This document shows, piece by piece, positions 1 to 9,900 of a stretch of DNA of 64,000 nucleotides. The notes beneath the pieces are model-generated. The model did not search any database and had not been told where the DNA came from. It worked only from the letters and a program-made list of their open reading frames with translations. Source of the DNA: Waterburya sp. (GTDB lineage: Bacteria; Cyanobacteriota; Cyanobacteriia; Cyanobacteriales; Xenococcaceae); the NCBI GenBank assembly GCA_965217895.1, contig CBDCJV010000002.1, forward strand, positions 2,816,001-2,880,000, in the 5' to 3' direction. Position numbers and translations under genes: made by a program. Within the stretch, counting starts at the first letter, position 1; the number at the start of each line of letters is the position of its first letter.

Positions 1-592
1 AATCAAGCTTATTGGTTTGGTTTGTAGGAGTAGAAAGCAAAGCCAGAAATCTATTAACCTGATTGTCGAGGGAGCTTTTGCTCAGTTGCGACTGAGATAC
101 ATAGATTGCTGCTGCTAGAGCAAATTCTTGGAGAGTAATTGAGGTTAATATTTGCGAATCTAACTCTGCTTGAAATTCTAGATTAGAAGCAAATCCTAGG
201 TAATTGCCTTGAGTAAGATAAGTTCGCATCAAACCAATTGTATCTACAGTCTCTAAGCGGGGAAAATCGGTTAGTTTTAAACCTAATTCTGACAGTCGAG
301 ATTCAAAAACTTGACGGCTGGCAAAGCGATCGCTTAACAACACCAAAGGTTTTTGTTTGATATCTGCAAGAGAGAGCCAATTTTTTTTAGTTAGAGGTTG
401 ACTGGATGCAGCTAATAAACCGTATTGAATAGTAGTAATTTCCTGCTGCCAAATTTCAGGACAATCGATAAATTTAGTTTCGTCAAAGCTAAGGTCAATA
501 ATACCTTGGCTAACTGCTTGGCACAGTAATTTGCGATCGCTAAAAAGTTTTAATTGAGTTTCAATCTCAGGATATTTTTGTCGATAAGCCGA
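1..592 (-). pseudogene. LysR-type regulator substrate-binding domain, 5'-truncated (HTH missing); runs off the window edge
   Basis: Minus-strand frame reads SAYRQKYPEIETQLKLFSDRKLLCQAVSQGIIDLSF...LSLADIKQKPLVLLSDRFASRQVFE, a LysR substrate domain. Upstream of ~590 the DNA is the antisense of the flavoprotein gene. Confidence 0.7.
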
Positions 593-2198
593 AGTATTAA
601 TTTTAGAAAAAGCTAATATACGACGTAGTGGCGCGATCGCCATGGGGATGGATGGAGTTAATACCGCAGTCATTCCAGGTAACTCTACTGCCGAACAATA
701 TGTCCGCGAAATTACTATTGCTAACGATGGCATCCTTAATCAAAAAGCAGTTTATCAGACGGGAAACTTAGGCTACGAAGTCATTCAAGAGTTGGATAGT
801 TGGGGGGTTAAGTTTCAAAAAGATACTTACGGTAACTACGACTTAAAACAGGTTCATCGCGTTGGTAAATACGTTCTGCCAATGCCTGAAGGTAAAGATC
901 TTAAAAAAATTCTCACTCGTCAGGTTAAAAAGCATAAAGCCAAAGTTACCAATCGCGTGATGGCAACCCGCGTCATGGTCAAAGATGGTAGAGCGATCGG
1001 CGCAGTGGGTTTTGATGTCCGCAATGGCGATTTTGTGGTCATTCAGGCTAAAGCAGTCGTTCTCAGTACGGGAGCTTGTGGTAGATTGGGACTACCAGAA
1101 TCGGGGTATCTCTACGGCACTTATGAAAACCCCACTAACGCTGGTGATGGCTATTCGATGGCGTATCATGCAGGTGCAGAATTAACCAACATTGAATGCT
1201 TTCAAATTAATCCCCTGATCAAAGATTACAATGGTCCTGCTTGTGCATACGTTGCTAGTCCCTTTGGGGCATACACGGCTAATGCTGAAGGACACCGCTT
1301 CGTTAATTGCGACTACTGGAGTGGTCAAATGATGCTAGAGGTTTGGAAAGAGTTACACTCTGGCAAAGGTCCAATCCAGCTAAAAATGACCCATTTAGAT
1401 GAAGATACCATCTCCGAAATTGAAACGATCTTGTGGGCAAATGAGCGTCCTAGTCGAGAAAGATTTCATCAAAACAGAGGGGAAAACTACCGCACTCACG
1501 GGGTAGAAATGCACATTTCCGAAATCGGCTTGTGTAGCGGACATAGTGCTTCGGGAGTCTGGGTTAATGAAAAAGCCGAAACCACAGTAACAGGACTGTA
1601 CGCTGCGGGAGATATGGCTTCTGTTCCTCATAACTACATGATTGGGGCTTTTGTTTTCGGTCGTCTTGCGGGCATCAATGCGATGGAATACGTGGCAGAT
1701 GTAGAATATTTAGAACCCGATGCCGATTGGTTGGCAGCAGAAAAAGAGCGCATTTATAAACCGATGCAAAACCCTGATGGTGTCCCTCACACCCAGGTTG
1801 AATACAAACTGCGCCGTATTGTTAATGACTATTTACAACCGCCCAAAAATCCCCACAAAATGGAAATTGGCTTAAATAAATTTGTCAACTACTACGACAG
1901 TTTGAACATCATGGGAGCTAGAGATCCTCACGAATTAATGCGCTGTATGGAAGTTCATTTTATTCGCGACTGCGCGGAAATGGCAGCCAGAGCTTCTCTC
2001 TATCGTAAAGAAAGCCGTTGGGGTTTATATCACTATCGCATCGATTATCCAGAGAAAAACAATGAAGAGTGGTTTTGTCACGTCAATATAAAGAAAGAAG
2101 CTGACAACATGACTCTCTTTAAGCGTCCTGTAGAACCTTATATTGTCGATGTCAATTTAGAGCAAGAAGTCTACGACGTAAAAGTGACTACAGCGTAG
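588..2198 (+). pseudogene. Fumarate reductase/APS reductase-like flavoprotein (AsfA-like), N-terminally truncated
   Basis: Frame opens after TAA (585-587) with AEVLILEKANIRRSGAIAMGMDG. Has STGACG, GLYAAGD and RKESRWG motifs but no N-terminal GxGxxG. Confidence 0.8.
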
Positions 2199-2332
2199 AA
2201 AAATTGCTTGCTGATAACAAATTATTGGCTACGAGCGCGATCGCATACGCATTTACAAACAATCGATAACGCAACCATCGCATTTGGCAAACAGCCGTTT
2301 GCTCTTAGCAAAACACAAATTAACCGAAAAAT

Positions 2333-2560
2333 ATGGCTTTAACTACTCAACGCGCTGACGTTCCTGTAATTGTAGACGAATCTAAATGTTTAGAAAAATG
2401 TCGTGCTTGCATTGAAGTTTGTCCTTTAGATGTCTTGGCAAAGAATCCAGAAACAGGCAAAGCTTACATGAAATATGACGAATGCTGGTTTTGTTTGCCT
2501 TGTGAAAAAGAATGTCCGATAAATGCGATTACGGTACAAATTCCTTTTTTATTGAGGTAA
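2333..2560 (+). CDS. 4Fe-4S dicluster ferredoxin
   Basis: CLEKCRACIEVCP and CWFCLPCEKECP motifs. Confidence 0.9.
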   Translation: MALTTQRADVPVIVDESKCLEKCRACIEVCPLDVLAKNPETGKAYMKYDECWFCLPCEKECPINAITVQIPFLLR

Positions 2561-2770
2561 ATGATCGCCTACTTGACCAACTGTTAGAGCAGAAAGAACT
2601 TGTCCAAGCGGAGTAGATGCGGCTATATGCGGAGCGGTGACGCGAAGCTAATCATGCACGGAATCCTTTAGGAAAGCCTTTCTGTCAAGCGGGATGCGGT
2701 ATCCCTGATAGACGGCTAGGCTACGCCAATCGAGGTTATCTCTGACTATTTTAAAATTAGGATTATTTTC

Positions 2771-3739
2771 ATGTACGACGATATAAATGACGAATTGAAA
2801 CCATGGGTGGAAATGCTTCAGTCAACAGAAGTTGAAGATCGCTTGGTAGCAGTCAAGACTTTGCAACACATTGGAGACGAAGAGGCAATTATGCCTTTAA
2901 TTCAGGCTTTACAAGATGAAAATACGACTGTCCAAAAGCTTGCCATAACTGGTATTTGGGAACTTAACAATCCCATCGCCATCAAACCATTGATGACCTG
3001 TTTGCGATCGCCTAATGAAGAAGTCAGAAAAGAAGCATTATCGGCATTAAAAGAATTAATTGCACCAGCAGATCTCATGATGCTTCTAGATGCGGTTCAA
3101 GAAGACAACTTTTATATGCAGCTTAATGTATTAATTCTGCTGCGAAAGATACACGACGCGCAAGCATTACCTTATGTATTACCGTTTTTTGAATCGTCGA
3201 GAGATGAACTACGAGAAGCAGCTATTACTACCCTGCGCTACCTCAATCAGGTAGAAACCTGTCCCCCTGCTTTAGCTTTGATGAATGATAAAGCTCCAAA
3301 AGTGCGCCGAGAAGCCACTTTAACTTTAGGTCATCTAAAAGATGAGTCAGTAGTTAAACTACTTTGTCAAGCTTTAACCGACGACCCTGATTGGCAAGTA
3401 CGCGGTAGGGCTGCTCAATCTCTAGCTTTACACAAAGATGCTAGTTCAGTCTCATCTTTAGCCAAAGCCTTAACAGACGAACATTGGCAAGTACGGAAAT
3501 TTACGGCTCGAACCCTGCAAGTAGTTGCCGATGAGAGCGTTACCCCTGCTTTAGTCAGATGTCTTACAGATGAGTACTCCGATATCCGTCGCGATGCGGC
3601 GATCGCACTAGGAAATATAGGCAATCGAGATGTCTTAAATGCTCTCCAGCAAACCTTAGACGACCCTGATGCCGATGTACGGATCTTCTCTCAACGGGCG
3701 ATCGATCAAATTCGAGAAACAGAAGGTGTTGCTTCATGA
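2771..3739 (+). CDS. HEAT-repeat (PBS lyase-like) protein
   Basis: Repeated L.D....VR..AA.AL units. Confidence 0.9.
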   Translation: MYDDINDELKPWVEMLQSTEVEDRLVAVKTLQHIGDEEAIMPLIQALQDENTTVQKLAITGIWELNNPIAIKPLMTCLRSPNEEVRKEALSALKELIAPADLMMLLDAVQEDNFYMQLNVLILLRKIHDAQALPYVLPFFESSRDELREAAITTLRYLNQVETCPPALALMNDKAPKVRREATLTLGHLKDESVVKLLCQALTDDPDWQVRGRAAQSLALHKDASSVSSLAKALTDEHWQVRKFTARTLQVVADESVTPALVRCLTDEYSDIRRDAAIALGNIGNRDVLNALQQTLDDPDADVRIFSQRAIDQIRETEGVAS

Positions 3740-4767
3740 ATGACAAAGAACAACAAACGATTCAACTGCTTAAACAAATTATCGAACCAAATCTGAACAA
3801 GGACATTGTTAGTTTAGGTATGGTGCGTAACCTCAAGCTAATAGATGAGTACGTCTACCTCAAGCTGTATTTAGGTTCTCATCAATCCGATTTAAAAGAC
3901 AAAGTTTCAACTACTTTATCTACTCTCGATTGGTGCAAAAAACCTTACGTTCAAGTCTGTACTATTCCTGGGGTCAAGATTACTTTAGCAATTTCTAGCG
4001 GTAAAGGAGGAGTAGGCAAATCTACCACCTCAGTTAATTTAGCAATGGCATTAAGTCAGTCTGGGGTAAAAGTTGGCTTACTCGATGCTGATGTCTATGG
4101 ACCTAATATCCCGCAAATGCTGGGATTAAAACAGTCTGAGGTTATGGCGATTGATACTCCCCTGGGACAAAAATTTATTCCCTTAGAAGCTCATGGAATC
4201 AAAGTAATGTCTGTAGGCTCACTTGTCGAACCCGAACGTCCTTTGGCTTGGCGTGGTCCCGTGCTTCACAAAATTATTACTCAGTTTATTAATGATGTGG
4301 AATGGGGCGAATTAGACTATCTGTTAATCGATCTACCTCCAGGTACGGGAGATGCTCAAATTACCATCGTCCAAGAAAGTCCCATCTGCGGTGTAGTTAT
4401 GGTAACTACTCCCCAACAGGTAGCCCTATCTGACGTGCGACGGGGAATCTATATGTTTCGTCAAGTAGGCGTTCCCGTTTTGGGAATTGTCGAAAATATG
4501 AGTTATCTAGAAGATGCAGCAGGAAAACGTACGCCGATTTTTGGTAGCGGTGGTGGCGAACAAATTGCTCAGGAATTGTCAGCACCATTACTCGGACAAA
4601 TTCCACTCGATCCGCGTATTTGTAACGGTGGAGATGAAGGAAAGCCTATTGCTATTAGTCAACCTGATTCTTTGGCTACTCAGATATTTAACCAAATTGC
4701 CGTTGCTTTGGGTCAAACTTTTAAAATAGCTTTGAATCAGACAATTAAATCTCTAACCAAAGTTTGA
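3736..4767 (+). CDS. mrp: Mrp/NBP35 (ApbC) Fe-S cluster carrier ATPase
   Basis: N-terminal DUF59-like domain (DIVSLGMVR), SSGKGGVGKST, DADVYGP, DLPPGTGD. Confidence 0.9.
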   Translation: MNDKEQQTIQLLKQIIEPNLNKDIVSLGMVRNLKLIDEYVYLKLYLGSHQSDLKDKVSTTLSTLDWCKKPYVQVCTIPGVKITLAISSGKGGVGKSTTSVNLAMALSQSGVKVGLLDADVYGPNIPQMLGLKQSEVMAIDTPLGQKFIPLEAHGIKVMSVGSLVEPERPLAWRGPVLHKIITQFINDVEWGELDYLLIDLPPGTGDAQITIVQESPICGVVMVTTPQQVALSDVRRGIYMFRQVGVPVLGIVENMSYLEDAAGKRTPIFGSGGGEQIAQELSAPLLGQIPLDPRICNGGDEGKPIAISQPDSLATQIFNQIAVALGQTFKIALNQTIKSLTKV

Positions 4768-4803
4768 GAGGACGAAAATTAGATGCGATCGCGAATTGCA
4801 TAA

Positions 4804-4832
4804 AATAGTCTCTCATATTTTGGGAGGCTATT
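4804..4832 (+). terminator. Putative terminator hairpin after mrp
   Basis: AATAGTCTCTCA...TGGGAGGCTATT stem-loop. Confidence 0.4.
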
Positions 4833-5327
4833 ATCAATAAGTTTTATTTGTTGCTGACCAACGTTTATTACATTCTAAAAACAAAAATTTAAAGCTCAAG
4901 GTGTATAGAGCTATTTAACATTCAAAAAATTTATTTTACTAAGTTAGAAAAATAGGTATCTTGTTCTTAATTTATTTAGAATTATATAGTAGATTATCTG
5001 ACTAATTCATAATAACAAAAAGAATGTAAAGCCAAATTAAAAGTGTTTTTGGCTTTACATTTTAACTTTTATTCAATCTTGTACAATTCAATAGCATTAA
5101 TTAATCAAGATCGAGATTCAATTGTGTTAAGAATCGTTTTTTGTGCCTAATTTACCAGATAAAAAATCAGAAAAATGTATTACAATTTCAGCAAAAACAA
5201 TATAAAAAAAATCTATTAATCTATCAATTTTTTTGTTGATTGAATTAGTGTTGTGTAGCTTAAATTACAAAAAGCCTAAATTTTAACTATTAAATTTAGA
5301 GTAACAAAAACAATATAGAAAAACACT

Positions 5328-6866
5328 ATGGTTGCTCTTAGATATCGTTCTTGGAAGAAAAAAATAGTTATAACTTTTGTATTTCTAGGCATCACAATTT
5401 TCACTAATGGGTGTACTAGTAATAGCCCTTCAGCAAAATCAGGAACAACAGATGCAGCAGAAAACTCTGGTAAAAAAGAAACAATTCGCATTTCAATTGG
5501 TACGCAGGATCAGGTAATTAATACTGCCGTAGGCGGAGCTACAGTAAGAGAATTAAAATTATTGGAAAAGCATTTACCTCATACTGGTAAATATGCCAAT
5601 GTCAAGTATGACATTCAGTGGTCGAGCTATACATCGGGACCACCGATTACCAACAAAATGCTAGCAGATCAAATTGATATTGGTCTGATGGGTGACTTTC
5701 CTGCCGCTATTAACTTGATTAAGTTTCGCGAAGCAGGAGGAGATGTCAAGTCTATTTATATCGCTACCTTAGCTTACAGTCCTAGTGGGGCGGGTAATGC
5801 GGTAGTCGTTCCTAAAGATAGCGAAGTAACTTCTCTAGCCCAGCTTAAAGGCAAAGCGGTCTCGGTTCCTTTTGGTTCTGCGGCTCACGGTATGCTATTA
5901 AAAGCTTTGAAAGATAATGGAATCGATCCAGAAAAAGATGTTCAACTAATTTCGCAAGCTCCTGAAGTAGGTGGAACGAGCCTGCGTACTGGTCAAATTG
6001 ATGCTCACGCTGACTTTGTACCTTTTGGCGAACTATTTCCCTTCCGAGGCTTTGCCAGAAAGATTTATGATGGAGCGCAAACAGGGATACCAACTTTACA
6101 TGGAATTGTCGTGCGCTCGGACTTTGCCAAAAAGTATCCAGAATTGGTGATAGCTTATCTCGAAGCCGTGTTAGAAGCCAACCAAACCTTCAGGGAACAT
6201 CCCGAAGAAACCTCAGCCAAGATTGAGGAATGGTCGGGAATTGAAAAAGAAGTAGTCTATATGTTTTTAGGTCCTTCTGGTTTACAGCCTCTCGATCCGA
6301 CAATTCGTCAGGTTAATCTAGACGCACTCAAAAACAGTATTACAACTTTGACTGAGTTGGGCAAAGTAGAAGGAAAAGTCGATCCAGCAAAGGTTACGGG
6401 ATGGGTTGACGAAAGCTATTTAAAAACAGCGATGAAAGAGATGAAGCTCGATCGCCAAAAGGTAATCGCAACAGCCGAAAACTACAAAATTACGGGTAAA
6501 GATGCTTTAACGGGAGAACCAATAGAAGATCCCAAAAAGGCTGCTCAGTTATGGATTCAAGACGAACCAACCGTGACTAACTTTGCTTCAATTGCCAACA
6601 TGATGAAAATGCTAGGACAGTTACAAAAAGAAGGAAAAGCCGCAAGCGTCATGTTTGTACACGACAAAAACAACGGTTGGAAGCTATTTGCCGAGAATTC
6701 TTACTATGTTAACAACGGCGAGGAGGTTTCCGCTTTCTTGCTCAAACAAGATGCCGACCAGTTTGCAGCTTCTTCTGGGAGTCAAGTAACGGCATTTAAG
6801 GAATTACAGCAAACCTTAGCTCAGAAAACTACACCTGCATTAGTCGGTGCTGCTGGTAAAAAATAA
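5328..6866 (+). CDS. Nitrate/sulfonate-type ABC substrate-binding lipoprotein with C-terminal extra domain
   Basis: Lipobox-like TNGC, SsuA/TauA-like motifs (SGPP, GKAVSVPFGSAAH). Confidence 0.85.
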   Translation: MVALRYRSWKKKIVITFVFLGITIFTNGCTSNSPSAKSGTTDAAENSGKKETIRISIGTQDQVINTAVGGATVRELKLLEKHLPHTGKYANVKYDIQWSSYTSGPPITNKMLADQIDIGLMGDFPAAINLIKFREAGGDVKSIYIATLAYSPSGAGNAVVVPKDSEVTSLAQLKGKAVSVPFGSAAHGMLLKALKDNGIDPEKDVQLISQAPEVGGTSLRTGQIDAHADFVPFGELFPFRGFARKIYDGAQTGIPTLHGIVVRSDFAKKYPELVIAYLEAVLEANQTFREHPEETSAKIEEWSGIEKEVVYMFLGPSGLQPLDPTIRQVNLDALKNSITTLTELGKVEGKVDPAKVTGWVDESYLKTAMKEMKLDRQKVIATAENYKITGKDALTGEPIEDPKKAAQLWIQDEPTVTNFASIANMMKMLGQLQKEGKAASVMFVHDKNNGWKLFAENSYYVNNGEEVSAFLLKQDADQFAASSGSQVTAFKELQQTLAQKTTPALVGAAGKK

Positions 6867-6938
6867 TCTACCCTTTGTCTTGTCTCTACCGACTTTCATT
6901 AGAACGTTTACTATTAATCACAATTCAAAGGCTCTAAG

Positions 6939-7787
6939 ATGACTAGCTCTTCTAAATTAACTAGAACTCCTTTGATTCAAAGTTTTCGTCAGCTAATCAA
7001 CCCAATGTTTGGGAACACTAGCACTCATAAATTGGCGCGACGTGTCTTATCTTTGATCGTCTTTTTTGGAGTTTGGCAGTTTTTATGCCAGATCAAGTTT
7101 GATTTCATTATCAAGTTTAATCTTTTACCTTCACCCATAGAAGTAGTCGCAGCTACCTGGGAATTTTTTACTAGCGATCCTTGGATTCATTTCCAGTCCA
7201 GTATTACTAGGGTGTTAATCGGTTATGCGATCGCCTCTTGTTTGGGTATTATCTTGGGGATCTTTATTGGTGCGTTTCAACAAGTTGACGATTTTTTATC
7301 GCCTCCTTTGGAATTATTGCGCCCAATTCCCGCAGTAGCCTGGATTCCTCTGGCTATTTTAATGTTTCCCACCGCCGAAGCAGGGATGATCTTTATTACC
7401 TTTATAGGGGGCTTTTTTCCCGTTTTGATTAGCACCATCAAAGGAGTAGAAAGCACCATTAATGACACGCTTTTAATTCAGGTGGGACAGTGTTTGGGGG
7501 CAAAAACCCGACATACCTTTTTAGACATTATCATTCCTGGGGCATTACCTAGCATTGCTAGTGGTTTGGTTATCGGCATGGGTAATGCCTGGTTTTGTTT
7601 GGTAACGGCAGAAATTTTGGCAGGACGCTATGGCATAGGCTATATAACCTGGGAATCTTATGTTACCTCCAACTATCCACCAATTGTCATGGGAATGCTG
7701 CTAATTGGATTGATGGGTGCTTTTAGCTCTTGGGCAGTTAGTCGTTTAACTGCTGCATTGATGCCTTGGAGAACGATTAAAAAATAA
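6939..7787 (+). CDS. ABC permease (TauC/SsuC type)
   Basis: LRPIPAVAWIPLAILMF motif, multiple TM helices. Confidence 0.9.
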   Translation: MTSSSKLTRTPLIQSFRQLINPMFGNTSTHKLARRVLSLIVFFGVWQFLCQIKFDFIIKFNLLPSPIEVVAATWEFFTSDPWIHFQSSITRVLIGYAIASCLGIILGIFIGAFQQVDDFLSPPLELLRPIPAVAWIPLAILMFPTAEAGMIFITFIGGFFPVLISTIKGVESTINDTLLIQVGQCLGAKTRHTFLDIIIPGALPSIASGLVIGMGNAWFCLVTAEILAGRYGIGYITWESYVTSNYPPIVMGMLLIGLMGAFSSWAVSRLTAALMPWRTIKK

Positions 7788-7814
7788 GTTAATTAAGGAA
7801 TTAGTCATAAAGTT

Positions 7815-8633
7815 ATGCAGGATATTGCGGTACAAACATCAACAACGGTGCAATCAATCGAAGGGTTGGTAGAGGTAGAAGGCTTGTCGGTTAGCTTTAG
7901 CGATCGCCATCGCACCGTTAAAGTATTAGATAATATAAATTTTCAAGTAGAACCTGGTTCATTTGTTTGTGTGCTGGGACCATCTGGCTGTGGCAAATCA
8001 ACTTTACTTAATGCGATCGCTGGATTTGTTCGTCCTACAACAGGCTGTATTTCAGTAGATAATCAAACTGTAACCAAACCTGGCTCAGAGCGCGGTTTTG
8101 TTTTTCAACAGTATTCATTGCTTCCTTGGAAAACTACTACCCAAAATGTCGAATTTGGCTTGCGGATTAAAGGTATGGCAAAAAAGCAGCGACGCGAGTT
8201 AGTCGATGAATATCTCAATCGAGTCGGTTTGTACAAGCATCGTCATGCTTATCCCCACCAGCTTTCAGGAGGAATGAAGCAACGAGCTAGTATTATCAGA
8301 GCATTAGTTAATTCTCCTTCAGTTTTATTGATGGATGAACCTTTTGGCGCATTGGATGCACAAACGCGACATATGATGCAGGAACTGTTGATGGAGATTT
8401 GGAGCGATTTAAGAACTACCGTTGTTTTTGTAACTCATGATATTGAAGAGGCAGTTTTTTTAGGCGATCGCGTTTTGATTTTGGGTGTAAATCCAGGGCA
8501 TATTAAAGAAGATATTTTAGTGGACTTCAAACGTCCGCGTCACATCGATGACACCATGACACCAGAATTTGTCCAACTCAGTCGTCAAGTATTTGAAGTT
8601 ATTCGCGAAGAAACTCTGAAAAGTATGGAATAA
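7815..8633 (+). CDS. ABC ATP-binding subunit (TauB/SsuB type)
   Basis: GPSGCGKS, LSGGMKQR, MDEPFGALD, VTHD. Confidence 0.92.
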   Translation: MQDIAVQTSTTVQSIEGLVEVEGLSVSFSDRHRTVKVLDNINFQVEPGSFVCVLGPSGCGKSTLLNAIAGFVRPTTGCISVDNQTVTKPGSERGFVFQQYSLLPWKTTTQNVEFGLRIKGMAKKQRRELVDEYLNRVGLYKHRHAYPHQLSGGMKQRASIIRALVNSPSVLLMDEPFGALDAQTRHMMQELLMEIWSDLRTTVVFVTHDIEEAVFLGDRVLILGVNPGHIKEDILVDFKRPRHIDDTMTPEFVQLSRQVFEVIREETLKSME

Positions 8634-8790
8634 TCACAACAGCGATCGCCCAAAGTTGCTATTAAAAAATTCCTAAGTGATCGTTTTTTTTCTGCTAGGC
8701 AAACGCCAAATAGAAAAAAACATGATACCTTACTGGCTCAAAATCAGTTTCAAATAGAGACATTAAGGTAAGCGCGAGGTTGTTTATAAC

Positions 8791-9657
8791 TTGAATTTAC
8801 GCACATTAAAAACTATTGCTTATACTTGCTTTTCTCTGATAGCTTTTGCAGGAAATTCAATCCTCTGTAGATTGGCATTGGGTGAAAATAAGCTTGATGC
8901 TGCTAGTTTTACAATCATTCGTCTGCTATCTGGAATTGTGATGCTGTTCCTAATGTCAAAAATATTTAATGTTAAAAATAGCTCTACTACGAAGAGAAAT
9001 TATATCTCTTCCTGTGTGCTGTTTTTGTATGCAGTAACTTTTTCTTACGCCTATATCTCTCTAGATACTGGTACAGGAGCATTGATTTTATTTGGAGCGG
9101 TACAAATTACCATGATTTTAGCTAGTCTAACCTTTGGAAACAGACTTCAGGTTTCTGAGTGGATGGGAATAGTTACGGCATTCTCTGGGTTTGTATATTT
9201 AGTTAAGCCTAGTCTGACGACACCCTCCTTGACAGGTTTTATACTCATGACTATTTCAGGTATGGCTTGGGGAATATATACCCTTAGAGGAAAAGGTTCA
9301 AAACAACCTATTCATGATTCGGCTTCTAATTTTTTGTATACGTTTCCATTCATTCTCGCGCTATTAATTATTGAATTTAAAAACACTAACCTATCTCAGC
9401 AAGGCATTATTTTAGCTTTAGTATCAGGTGCTATAACTTCAGGAGTTGGATATACGGTTTGGTATATGGCTGTAAGGAGACTTTCTACAATGCAAGCATC
9501 TGTTGTTCAGTTGTTAGTTCCAATTATTGCTGCAACTGGTGGTGTAATATTTGCCAATGAAGTGATATCAATGCGTTTAATCCTATCGTCTATTATGATT
9601 TTTGGAGGTATTGTGTTTGTATTATTTAAGTCCAACAAGAATAATTATGAGTATTAA
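8791..9657 (+). CDS. DMT/EamA family transporter
   Basis: 10-TM hydrophobic pattern, AFAGNSILCRLAL. Confidence 0.8.
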   Translation: MNLRTLKTIAYTCFSLIAFAGNSILCRLALGENKLDAASFTIIRLLSGIVMLFLMSKIFNVKNSSTTKRNYISSCVLFLYAVTFSYAYISLDTGTGALILFGAVQITMILASLTFGNRLQVSEWMGIVTAFSGFVYLVKPSLTTPSLTGFILMTISGMAWGIYTLRGKGSKQPIHDSASNFLYTFPFILALLIIEFKNTNLSQQGIILALVSGAITSGVGYTVWYMAVRRLSTMQASVVQLLVPIIAATGGVIFANEVISMRLILSSIMIFGGIVFVLFKSNKNNYEY

Positions 9658-9719
9658 TACCAATTTTCAAAAGTGTCTAGATAAATGAGCAAATTATTAA
9701 TTACGCCTGATGTGAATTA

Positions 9720-9860
9720 CTTTGTTTGGGGTAATGAGGTGTTTGTGGTGGTGAGGTGTTTGAGGTAATTACTCCAAAGATCGACCCTACTCCTCTATCT
9801 CCATCACTCCACCACTCCCCTATCTTTTATACTCCTTACTCACTACCCCATGACCCCATG
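9720..9860. repeat. G-rich/C-rich short imperfect tandem repeats arranged as an inverted pair
   Basis: gaggtgttt/gtggtg units followed by ctccat/cactcc/cccatg units between convergent genes. Confidence 0.45.
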
Positions 9861-9900
9861 CTGCGTAATATCAGTTCTTGAGTAAAAGTTCGCAGCAGTA

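Noticed and set aside
4490..4535. Mrp lacking the C-terminal CxxC
   Set aside because: Common in cyanobacterial/HCF101-type Mrp proteins.
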